Of a stretch of 33,389 nucleotides of DNA, positions 19,387-27,494 are shown piece by piece; positions within the stretch are counted from its first letter, which is position 1, and the number at the start of each line of letters is the position of its first letter. The notes beneath the pieces were generated by a model. The model saw only the letters and a program-made list of their open reading frames with translations, was not told the origin of the DNA and searched no databases. The DNA comes from Limisphaerales bacterium (GTDB lineage: Bacteria > Verrucomicrobiota > Verrucomicrobiia > Limisphaerales > SIBE01): positions 1 to 33,389 of the forward strand of contig JBGAIN010000087.1 of assembly GCA_044225505.1 (NCBI GenBank), in the 5' to 3' direction. Both the position numbers and the translations under genes were made by a program.

Positions 19387-20841
19387 ATGAGCCTTGAAGA
19401 TCGCTTATATCCGCTGTTGAAGCTCTACGGGAGCCTGCCCCAGGGAGTGCAGCGTGCGCTCGGATTCACCTACCGCCATCTGCCACAATCCTGGCGTTGG
19501 GGCAAACATTACCCGGAATTCAAACGCCTTGCGGAGCAAGGAGAGCAATGGTCGGTGGATGAAATCCGCCAGTATCAATTGAAGGAACTCCGCCGGTCCT
19601 TGCACCATGCCGCTAGCTATTGCCCCTTTTACCAACGGCGCTTTACCCAGGCGGGCTTCCGCCCGGAGAGTGTTCATACTTTCGACGACCTGAAGCACTG
19701 CCCATTCCTGGAAAAGCAGGATTTGATTGAGCACCTGCCCAACCTGGTCTCGACCCAGGTTCCTTCCGGACAAAGACTCTATATCACGACGGGCGGATCG
19801 ACCGGCGTGCCGGTGGGGTTCTTCCTGCAGAAAGGGATCAGCCGTCCCAAAGAGCAAGCTTTCTGGGAAACGATCTGGCGTCGCGCTGGCTATTTCGACG
19901 GTGCACGTCTCGCAATCATTCGCGGCCACGTGGTGAGTTCAAAGGCCACCGGCCAGATCGCCTCTTACGATGCCACGCGCGATTGGTTGATGCTCTCCTC
20001 CTATCATTTAACAGAAGAACGGTTGCCCGAGTATCTCAGCGCGATCGAAGACTTTAAACCGGACCTGTTGCACGCGTATCCTTCCGCCGCGTTGCAACTG
20101 GCCGAGTTCCTGGAGAAATCCGGGCAGACCTGGCGCACGCCTTTACGAGGTCTTCTGTGCGGTTCCGAGCGGCTCACCTTGCCGCAAAAGCGACTTTTGG
20201 AAAGAGTCTTCCATTGCAAGGCCTACCGCTGGTACGGACACTCCGAGCGGATCATCCTCGCTGGCGAGGGTAAAGACTCCGAACTGTGCTACTTCGTCCC
20301 GCAATATGGCTTCGTTGAATTTGGCCCAGCCAACGAGGAGGGTTTGCGCGAAGTGATTGGCACCTCCTTCCACAACATGGCCATGCCTCTCGTCCGCTAT
20401 CGAACGGGCGATTACGTCCGTCTGGTGGAGGAATCAGTGGCGCGCGGTCCGTGGTCGGAAGTTCAAGAGTACCGGCGCGAACCCGAGCGTGAAGCAGTGG
20501 GTGGATTGGAGTTTCCTTGGCCAGCAGTCAGTGATGTCGCAGGACGGGAACAGGAATTCCTGGTGAGTGCCACAGGCCGCCGGATCTCATTAACCGCTTT
20601 TAACATGCACGACGCGGTCTTTGATGACCTCTATGCCGTGCAGTTTTATCAAGACGAACCGGGCCGTGCCGAGTTCCGCTATGTCGCTGGCCCGCGGTTC
20701 CACACCTCTCGCTTGGCCGGGATCGAAGCGGGCATCCGCGAGAAACTCGGTGACGATTTCCAGGTTGAGCTTCGAGCTGTTTCTGACGTGGAAAAGACTT
20801 CGCGCGGAAAACACCGGTGGCTAGTGAGCAAGATCAGCTAG
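19387..20841 (+). CDS. CapK-like adenylate-forming enzyme (phenylacetate-CoA ligase family, polysaccharide-cluster type)
   Basis: P-loop TTGGSTGVP, HAYPS, YGHSE, AMPLVRYRTGD and C-terminal TSRGKHR. Start set to ATG 19387, 13 nt after the DUF362 stop; the longer ORF from 19237 would overlap DUF362. Confidence 0.87.
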   Translation: MSLEDRLYPLLKLYGSLPQGVQRALGFTYRHLPQSWRWGKHYPEFKRLAEQGEQWSVDEIRQYQLKELRRSLHHAASYCPFYQRRFTQAGFRPESVHTFDDLKHCPFLEKQDLIEHLPNLVSTQVPSGQRLYITTGGSTGVPVGFFLQKGISRPKEQAFWETIWRRAGYFDGARLAIIRGHVVSSKATGQIASYDATRDWLMLSSYHLTEERLPEYLSAIEDFKPDLLHAYPSAALQLAEFLEKSGQTWRTPLRGLLCGSERLTLPQKRLLERVFHCKAYRWYGHSERIILAGEGKDSELCYFVPQYGFVEFGPANEEGLREVIGTSFHNMAMPLVRYRTGDYVRLVEESVARGPWSEVQEYRREPEREAVGGLEFPWPAVSDVAGREQEFLVSATGRRISLTAFNMHDAVFDDLYAVQFYQDEPGRAEFRYVAGPRFHTSRLAGIEAGIREKLGDDFQVELRAVSDVEKTSRGKHRWLVSKIS

Positions 20842-20960
20842 TGAGGTGACCGCTAAGTTGAATCAGGGCGGCAGTGCCAGGATGGGCGCTCTGCTTCGAC
20901 GGAGCGGTTGTCACCTTGACATGGACTTTCCTGGGCTGGATAAACGGACAGATCTTTCCT

Positions 20961-23867
20961 ATGAGAAGCGTTGTTATTTTTCTCCTCACCACCTGCAGTT
21001 GTCTTATTACGGCTGCAGATGAGAAAGCTGCTCAGCCGCCGGCCTCAGACCAAGCTCTATTGGCCCAAGCGATTCTTGCTGATCCGGCCCTACGCGCCGT
21101 TCATCAATCCGCGCGTGCGCTGCTCTCCAATGGACTCAATGCGGGCAGCGGCTATGGCGAGGTCTGGATCCGAGACCTTAATACCTTTATCGACGTCGCC
21201 TTGGAGGGGCAGGACACAGAGCGCTTCCGTGAGGCGCTCCTGACATTCTTCAAATTCCAAGGGCCGGACGGAGACATCGTCGATGGCTACATCCCCCGCG
21301 AGCGTGCGGACGTCGGCTACGAGTATCGGCGGGCTCCCTCCGCTCCTAATCTCCTGGCTCACAAGAATACGGTTGAGACCGATCAAGAAACTTCCTTGGT
21401 TCAAGCGGTCCGCAAGTATGTCGAATCCACTGGCGATCGTTCGATACTCGAGGAGACCATTGACGGCATGCCCGTCCTCCAGCGGCTGGGAATGGCTCTG
21501 GACTATCTTTACAAACACCGCCGCGATCCGACGTCAGGTCTGCTCTGGGGAGCAACGACGGCCGACTGGGGCGACGTCCAGCCGGAGTCGCCCTGGGGAG
21601 TCGAACTGGATGCCCAATCGCATCGCGCGATCGACATCTATGACAACGCTATGTTCGCGGTGGCACTGAGCGACTACCTCGCCTTCTTCGGAAAGAGTCA
21701 GCCAGAAACCGATCGCTGGCTGGCAGCGCGTACCGAGCTTGCCCGCCAGGTGCGCGCAGTGCTTTGGGATAGAGATCGCAAGAAGTTCGTCCCTCATCGC
21801 TACTTGGGTGATTCGCCATTCCCGAAGGATTTCGACGAGGGGACCATCTACTATCACGGAGGAACGACCGTTGCCATCGAGGCCGGTTTCCTCCAACGCC
21901 AGGAGATTGCCGATGCCTTAGAGAAAATGCGGGCCAATGTGCGAGACGCCCAGGCCGGATCCATCGGCTTAACCCTGTTTCCGCCTTATCCCCAAGGATA
22001 CTTCAAGAATCGATCCATGACCGAACCCTACAGTTATCAAAACGGCGGTGACTGGTGCTGGTTTGGCGGACGCACGATTCAGCAACTCGTTCGGCACGGA
22101 TTCGTCGCGGAGGCCTATGCGGAACTGAAGCCGATGGTCGAACGCGCCCAGCGTCACGGCTTCAATGAACCCAGAGGCTCTGGCCAATTCCGCGGGTCGG
22201 CCGGCGTGTTAGCGCGCGCCATAGAAATGCTCGAGGCCTGGGCGGTCGATCACACAGACAATCGTCTGATTACTTCCGCAGGGGCATTCCACACGAAAAC
22301 CGTCGGCAGCGCCGTGACTGGCGGATGGAACCTTTTCTCGGAGGGCAAACTCGAAACCGCCGTGCGCTTGGACGATTCTGGAACTTACCGGGTGAAAGTG
22401 CAGGCCTGGGGCAGCCCTTGCCAAAGCGTCTGGCCCGAGATGGCTTTGTTGATCGACGGCGAAAAGAAGCAGACTCGGACGGTTCGCGCTCTGAACTCCT
22501 CGGATTACGAATATCGGGTTTTCCTCGAAGCCGGCACGCACCAGATCGGCCTAGCTTTTCTCAATGACGCGCGCGCCGATGGCGAAGATCGCAATCTGTT
22601 TATCCGCGAGGTGGAACTGGCTTCCCTTTGCGGGACGCGAAAACCCGTAGCCGTCAGCCGCGTGGAAGCAGACCAAAACGCGGCCCACCTTGAAGACCAA
22701 GTGGTCCACGACACCCGAGAGAGCATCGAAAAGAATCGCAAAGGCGATTTCGTCCTGGTGCTGAAGCAGCCAGAGGGAACGCCTCGGGCCCATGCTAAAG
22801 TCGAAGTAATGCAAGTGCGGCACGACTTCCTCTTCGGCTGCAATATTTACGGATTTGACCAATGCAAAACTCCCGAAGAGACCACCCAGTACAAACAAAG
22901 GTTTGCCGACCTGTTTAACTACGCGACCGTCCCCTTCTACTGGCGTTGGTATGAACCGGAACCTGGCAAACCACATTACGAGCAAACGGACCGCATGGTG
23001 GCCTGGTGTCAGCAGAATCGTATCCGTATGAAAGGACATCCCCTGCTCTGGGGCGACGACGCAGGCGTGCCCCCGTGGTCCAACGGCCAGCCTTCACCTG
23101 AGCGACAGCAGCAGCGGGTGAGGGAGATTCTGCAGCGTTATGGAGACAAGATCGAATTTTGGGAGGTCGTCAATGAACCGGCACATCTGGCCGAGCCGAG
23201 AATCGATCAGCCTTATCGCTGGGCACGCGAAGTCAGCCCAACCGCCCGATTGATCGTCAATGATTACTTCGTCCTGGCGGATGGCTACCCGCCCTTCTAC
23301 CGCTTGCTCGTCCGCGCTATTCAGGACGGCGTGCCTTTTGACGGCATCGGTATCCAAGCCCACGAACCGCGCACGATGCGTTTTCCCCTGCCCAATGTGC
23401 GACGAGTCCTGGATCGCTACGGCCGCCTTGGCAAAAATCTTTACATCACCGAGTTTACTCCAGCGTCTAGTGGGGAACCCATTTCCGGGTCTCATCTGAA
23501 CGGCGAATGGAACGAAACCACACAAGCCGATTACGCCGAGAAGTTTTACCGGGTCTGTTTTGCTCAACCGAACGTGGCTGGCATCACTTGGTGGGACCTT
23601 TGCGATGCACAATCCTGGCTGAAAGGTGGAGGCCTGCTGCGAGCGGATCTTTCCCCGAAACCAGCCTACGCCGCTCTCCATCGTCTCATCCAGAACGAAT
23701 GGCACACCACCACATCAGGGACGACGGACGCGCAAGGCCGGTTCACGTTCCGGGGGTATTTTGGCGATTACACTGTCAAAGTCTCTGAGGACCCAAGCCC
23801 CACCGTTGGCGCCGTAAGTTTCTCCAAAGCCGGTCCCCGAGAAGCCTCGGCCAGCTGGCAACGGTGA
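20961..23867 (+). CDS. Secreted multimodular glycoside hydrolase: six-hairpin (alpha/alpha)6 GH-like domain + Ca-dependent CBM + GH10 endo-xylanase-like domain
   Basis: Signal peptide at ATG 20961; N-domain GYGEVWIRD...TADWGD...YQNGGDW; CBM motif FLND...EDRNLFI; GH10 motifs KGHPLLW, WEVVNEP (acid/base), DGIGIQAH and LYITEF (nucleophile). Confidence 0.85.
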   Translation: MRSVVIFLLTTCSCLITAADEKAAQPPASDQALLAQAILADPALRAVHQSARALLSNGLNAGSGYGEVWIRDLNTFIDVALEGQDTERFREALLTFFKFQGPDGDIVDGYIPRERADVGYEYRRAPSAPNLLAHKNTVETDQETSLVQAVRKYVESTGDRSILEETIDGMPVLQRLGMALDYLYKHRRDPTSGLLWGATTADWGDVQPESPWGVELDAQSHRAIDIYDNAMFAVALSDYLAFFGKSQPETDRWLAARTELARQVRAVLWDRDRKKFVPHRYLGDSPFPKDFDEGTIYYHGGTTVAIEAGFLQRQEIADALEKMRANVRDAQAGSIGLTLFPPYPQGYFKNRSMTEPYSYQNGGDWCWFGGRTIQQLVRHGFVAEAYAELKPMVERAQRHGFNEPRGSGQFRGSAGVLARAIEMLEAWAVDHTDNRLITSAGAFHTKTVGSAVTGGWNLFSEGKLETAVRLDDSGTYRVKVQAWGSPCQSVWPEMALLIDGEKKQTRTVRALNSSDYEYRVFLEAGTHQIGLAFLNDARADGEDRNLFIREVELASLCGTRKPVAVSRVEADQNAAHLEDQVVHDTRESIEKNRKGDFVLVLKQPEGTPRAHAKVEVMQVRHDFLFGCNIYGFDQCKTPEETTQYKQRFADLFNYATVPFYWRWYEPEPGKPHYEQTDRMVAWCQQNRIRMKGHPLLWGDDAGVPPWSNGQPSPERQQQRVREILQRYGDKIEFWEVVNEPAHLAEPRIDQPYRWAREVSPTARLIVNDYFVLADGYPPFYRLLVRAIQDGVPFDGIGIQAHEPRTMRFPLPNVRRVLDRYGRLGKNLYITEFTPASSGEPISGSHLNGEWNETTQADYAEKFYRVCFAQPNVAGITWWDLCDAQSWLKGGGLLRADLSPKPAYAALHRLIQNEWHTTTSGTTDAQGRFTFRGYFGDYTVKVSEDPSPTVGAVSFSKAGPREASASWQR

Positions 23868-24122
23868 TCGGATCCAATGGCGACTTCACGATTCGTTTAC
23901 TGAGCTAATGAAAGCCTCTCGGCACCAGTTTTCTCCGATGGAGTAACTTGCGACCTGTCCACAATTTGCGGACGGAGTGTGCTACATTTGTTCTTTCAAA
24001 GCGCTTTTGGGAACGGACCGGCCTCAAATCTCGCATCCCGATCTTGAGCTGTTTTCTGACCGTGCTATTCAGCCCTTGAGAGAAGCCTCAGATCATTAAG
24101 GAGTGGACATTCATTTCCATTT

Positions 24123-24145
24123 GTGGATAACCATAGGTAATCCAC
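24123..24145. promoter_or_regulatory. Inverted repeat operator candidate (LysR-type T-N11-A core; overlaps a perfect DnaA-box 9-mer)
   Basis: GTGGATAACC-ata-GGTAATCCAC (9/10 match); TGTGGATAA at 24122-24130 is the reverse complement of TTATCCACA. Confidence 0.45.
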
Positions 24146-24265
24146 CGTGCGGACGGTGACAGCGTTGAAAAGCCGGCGTGTACGAGCAGCGCGCTGGACC
24201 TGGAGCTTCTTCAGAACTCCTCGCGCTCGGTCAGCCTCCCCCGGTGGAAACGCACCGGACGTGTT

Positions 24266-25711
24266 ATGCTCATCCACAGAATCCGATCAGCTGCCCCACT
24301 TATCGTCAGCCTCGCGGCTCTTCTCCCAGTGATGTCAGAGGCTCCAGCGTCAGCCCCCGCGCCTAACCCGAGTTGGTTTGATCGCTACGCTGCGCCGATC
24401 AAGAAACCGACCGAATGGCTCACTTGGGGAGCGGACATGCGTGTCCGCAACGAATACTACGATAACCTGGTCAGCCTCACTGACAGCAACCCGCTCCACG
24501 AGCAGGATGTAATTCGGTATCGAGGACGGCTCTGGGCCACCTTTCAGCCGGGAGCGGGATTCAGCTTGAACACGCGCCTATCTGCCGAACCGCGCGACTG
24601 GATGCATCCTTCGTTTGTGAGTGCTTACAAGGGCGAGTCGGGCATGGAATGGCGTTACGGCATCTTTGATGTGCTCAACGTGAAATGGACCAACGCGTTC
24701 AATCTTCCACTCTCCATCACCGCTGGGCGTCAGGATATCGCCTTCGGCGACTATTGGAATTGGTGGCTTGTCGCCGATGGGACGCCTGGTGATGGATCGT
24801 GGTCGTTCTTCATGGACGGTATCCGGCTCACCTACGACCTCCCCGAAGCCAAGACCAAACTGGACCTTTTCTATGCTTATCAAAGTGCCCGCCCGGACGC
24901 TTGGCTTCCGACTCTCGGCCGCTCGTCCGACGCTTACTTAACCGAGCAGAACGAGCAAGGGATCATCTTGTATGCTTCGAACAAGAGCCTGAAAAACACG
25001 CAGCTCGACGGCTATTTCATCTATAAACAAGACGATCAAGAACTCACTTTCGGCGATCACGCCAATATTTATACGCTCGGCGGCCGCGTCACGGGCACTC
25101 CCTGGGAGCACTGGCAGTACTCGGTCGAAGGTGCTTATCAGTTTGGCGATAAGAAGGATCCTACTCTCAAGGACCTGGACGGCTCCAACTTATGGCGGAC
25201 CCTGGATGCCTTTGGGGCCAATGGCAAACTGAGCTATCTATTCAAGGATCCGCTGCAGAATCAGGTTTGCCTCGTTTACGAGTTTCTTTCGGGTGACAAC
25301 CCGGGAACCAAGAGCGACGAGATGTTCGATATTCTCTGGGGGCGGTGGCCTCGATTTAGCGAGGGGTATATCTATTCCTATATTTACGAGACCAGCGGAA
25401 AGGTCGGGCAACTGAATAACATTGAGCGTTTAGGCTGTGGCTGGAGTTTCAATCCTGCCCGAACGCTCACCTTTAGCGCCGTTTACAATGCCTGGTTTGC
25501 GCCGGAATCGACACCTACCCGGGCTCGAATCCCAGGGCTCTTTAGCGGCGATGGCACGTTCCGTGGGCACTACCTGCAAACCATCCTGAAACACCAACTG
25601 AATGCCCATTTCAGCGCGCATCTGTGGGGAGAGTTTATCTGGGCGGGCGACTACTACGCCGAGCGGCCGTTCGTTGATTTTCTCCGGGCGGAAATGCTGG
25701 TGACCTTCTGA
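24266..25711 (+). CDS. Alginate-export (AlgE-like) family outer-membrane beta-barrel
   Basis: Signal peptide; GADMRVRNEY, ITAGRQDIAFG, MDGIRL, EGAYQFG and YEFLSGD...FD.LWG motifs; aromatic-rich amphipathic strands and C-terminal Phe. Confidence 0.8.
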   Translation: MLIHRIRSAAPLIVSLAALLPVMSEAPASAPAPNPSWFDRYAAPIKKPTEWLTWGADMRVRNEYYDNLVSLTDSNPLHEQDVIRYRGRLWATFQPGAGFSLNTRLSAEPRDWMHPSFVSAYKGESGMEWRYGIFDVLNVKWTNAFNLPLSITAGRQDIAFGDYWNWWLVADGTPGDGSWSFFMDGIRLTYDLPEAKTKLDLFYAYQSARPDAWLPTLGRSSDAYLTEQNEQGIILYASNKSLKNTQLDGYFIYKQDDQELTFGDHANIYTLGGRVTGTPWEHWQYSVEGAYQFGDKKDPTLKDLDGSNLWRTLDAFGANGKLSYLFKDPLQNQVCLVYEFLSGDNPGTKSDEMFDILWGRWPRFSEGYIYSYIYETSGKVGQLNNIERLGCGWSFNPARTLTFSAVYNAWFAPESTPTRARIPGLFSGDGTFRGHYLQTILKHQLNAHFSAHLWGEFIWAGDYYAERPFVDFLRAEMLVTF

Positions 25712-25821
25712 ACACGGGCGCACGGCCGTTCCAAAACCTTGGTTGGCGCCCCGGGATCGTCTTTCAAAACCCTGAAGGCAGAGCAAAAAACGATTAAAGA
25801 ATGCCAGGACTAGCCCTTGTC

Positions 25822-25857
25822 ATACATCAGTTCCTATGATGCATTAAGCGACACTTA
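25822..25857. promoter_or_regulatory. Two LysR-type (T-N11-A) palindromes upstream of iorA
   Basis: ATACATCA-N7-TGATGCAT (25822-25844, contains ATC-N9-GAT) followed immediately by TAAG-N5-CTTA (25845-25857), in an AT-rich gap. Confidence 0.45.
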
Positions 25858-25880
25858 GCAGCGTCATTGATAGTACAAAC

Positions 25881-27494
25881 ATGAGTCTTCTTGCATCGAA
25901 TCGGGAACTCCTAAGCGGCGATGAGGCCATTGCACTTGGCGCCAAGCACGCTGGCGTCGCCTTAGGGGTGGGATATCCAGGAACTCCTTCCACCGAGATT
26001 CTCGAAGCTATGTCTGAATTCGGAGGGCGCGCCCAGTGGGCTCCGAACGAAAAAGTCGCTCTGGAAGTGGCTATTGGCGTGGCGTTTTGCGGCGCTCGCG
26101 CGTTGGCGACCATGAAACATGTCGGGCTCAATGTCGCGGCGGACCCCTTCTTCACAGTTGCTTACACTGGGGTAACCGGCGGACTGCTCGTGGTCTCGGC
26201 GGATGACCCTGGGATGGCGTCCAGCCAGAACGAACAGGACAACCGGCGCTATGCGGTGGCAGCAGGCGTGCCAATGTTGGAACCTTCCGACTCCCAGGAA
26301 GCGTATGACTTTGTCTTCCGTGGGTTGGAGATTTCGGAACGATGGCAGGTGCCTGTTCTACTGCGTGTGACCACACGGGTTTGCCACAGCAAAACGGTGG
26401 TTGCCCCGCGGCCGCAGGTTGAAGCGCGCCCACGTGCTCATTTTGTTCGAGATGTGCGTGGCCGAGTCATGATCCCGGCCAACGCTCGTCCTGCGCACCG
26501 GCGTTTACGGCAAAAGCTGACCGAGATCGAAACCTGGAACGAAACGTCGGACCTGAATCCCATTATCCCTGGGGATCGGCGCTTGGGCCTGGTGACGTCC
26601 GGTATCTCGTTCATGCACGCTCGGGAAGCGGCTCCAGACGCAACCGTGCTGAAGTTGGGCTGCACTCATCCATTGCCGCTGGAGAAGATGAAGGCGTTTG
26701 CCCGCACTGTAGAGCGCTGTGTCGTGTTGGAAGAAGGCGATCCTTATTTGTTCGACGCTTTGCGCGCAGCGGGAGTGCACGTGGAAGGCAAAGCTGCCAT
26801 GTATCGTTTTGGCGAATTGGACGTCATCCGGACCCGTCGCATTTTAAGTGGAGACCTCACCGTGGAAGAGGCGCGACCTCCTGGAACGCCGCCCCGCCTT
26901 TGCGACGGTTGCCAGTATCGAGTCGTGTTTGAAACATTGCACCGACACGACTGCATCGTGGCGGGCGATATTGGATGTTACAGTCTCGGGGCGTTACCTC
27001 CGTTTAGTGGGATGGACACATGTGTCTGCATGGGGGCTAGCATTGGGGTCGGCCTGGGAATGCGTCACGCCTTGCCTGAAGGAGAAGCCAAACGTGTGGT
27101 GAGCGTCATCGGTGACAGCACCTTTGTGCACAGTGGCATCTCGGGATTAGTGGAAATGGTCTACAACCCGCCCGCGACCGGGCATGTGGTGATTGTGCTG
27201 GATAACGCGACGACCGCGATGACCGGTCATCAAGAACACCCGGGCACCGGCCGAGCGCTTGACCACTCCGCCACGAATCAGATTGTCATTGAAGACATTG
27301 CCAAAGCGCTCGGTATTCGGCGGGTTCATGTCATCGAACCCCGCGCTGGGTCGGACGAGTTTGAGCGATTGTTGCTCGACGCGCTGGCTAGCGAGGAACT
27401 GACTGTGATCGTCGCGCGGCGACCCTGTTTATTGATCGCCAAACGGCTCAAAGAATTGGAGCGATGCGACGCGGAAAAGGAAGTGCATGCATAA
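25881..27494 (+). CDS. iorA: Indolepyruvate:ferredoxin oxidoreductase subunit alpha
   Basis: GYPGTPSTEI, NEKVALEVA, MKHVGLNVAAD, DDPGMASSQNEQD, LCDGC, GDIGCYSL and TPP-binding IGDSTFVHSG...LDNATTAMTGHQ. Confidence 0.96.
   Translation: MSLLASNRELLSGDEAIALGAKHAGVALGVGYPGTPSTEILEAMSEFGGRAQWAPNEKVALEVAIGVAFCGARALATMKHVGLNVAADPFFTVAYTGVTGGLLVVSADDPGMASSQNEQDNRRYAVAAGVPMLEPSDSQEAYDFVFRGLEISERWQVPVLLRVTTRVCHSKTVVAPRPQVEARPRAHFVRDVRGRVMIPANARPAHRRLRQKLTEIETWNETSDLNPIIPGDRRLGLVTSGISFMHAREAAPDATVLKLGCTHPLPLEKMKAFARTVERCVVLEEGDPYLFDALRAAGVHVEGKAAMYRFGELDVIRTRRILSGDLTVEEARPPGTPPRLCDGCQYRVVFETLHRHDCIVAGDIGCYSLGALPPFSGMDTCVCMGASIGVGLGMRHALPEGEAKRVVSVIGDSTFVHSGISGLVEMVYNPPATGHVVIVLDNATTAMTGHQEHPGTGRALDHSATNQIVIEDIAKALGIRRVHVIEPRAGSDEFERLLLDALASEELTVIVARRPCLLIAKRLKELERCDAEKEVHA

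Noticed and set aside
7419..20841. Secondary-metabolite (macrolide/NRPS-like) cluster suggested by FkbM, TylF and an adenylating enzyme
   Set aside because: No PKS/NRPS or carrier protein; the WaaL/Wzy-like, GT9 and YfhO-like genes point to cell-envelope glycan.
20820..20845. 9-bp direct repeat GCTAGTGAG (20820-20828 and 20837-20845) at the end of the glycan cluster, as a possible target-site duplication
   Set aside because: Only 8 bp apart, with no element between them and no integrase or transposase nearby; likely chance or a micro-duplication.
23868..24265. Replication origin (oriC) call
   Set aside because: Only one perfect DnaA box, no clear AT-rich unwinding element, and no dnaA/dnaN/gidA/parAB context; kept only as a regulatory candidate.
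23868..24265. Known riboswitch (cobalamin, TPP, SAM, glycine, c-di-GMP)
   Set aside because: I could not find the conserved core motifs by eye; an Rfam scan would be decisive.
24266..25711. Alginate biosynthesis/export system
   Set aside because: No alg8/alg44/algK/algD-like genes are present; the family name reflects the barrel fold only.
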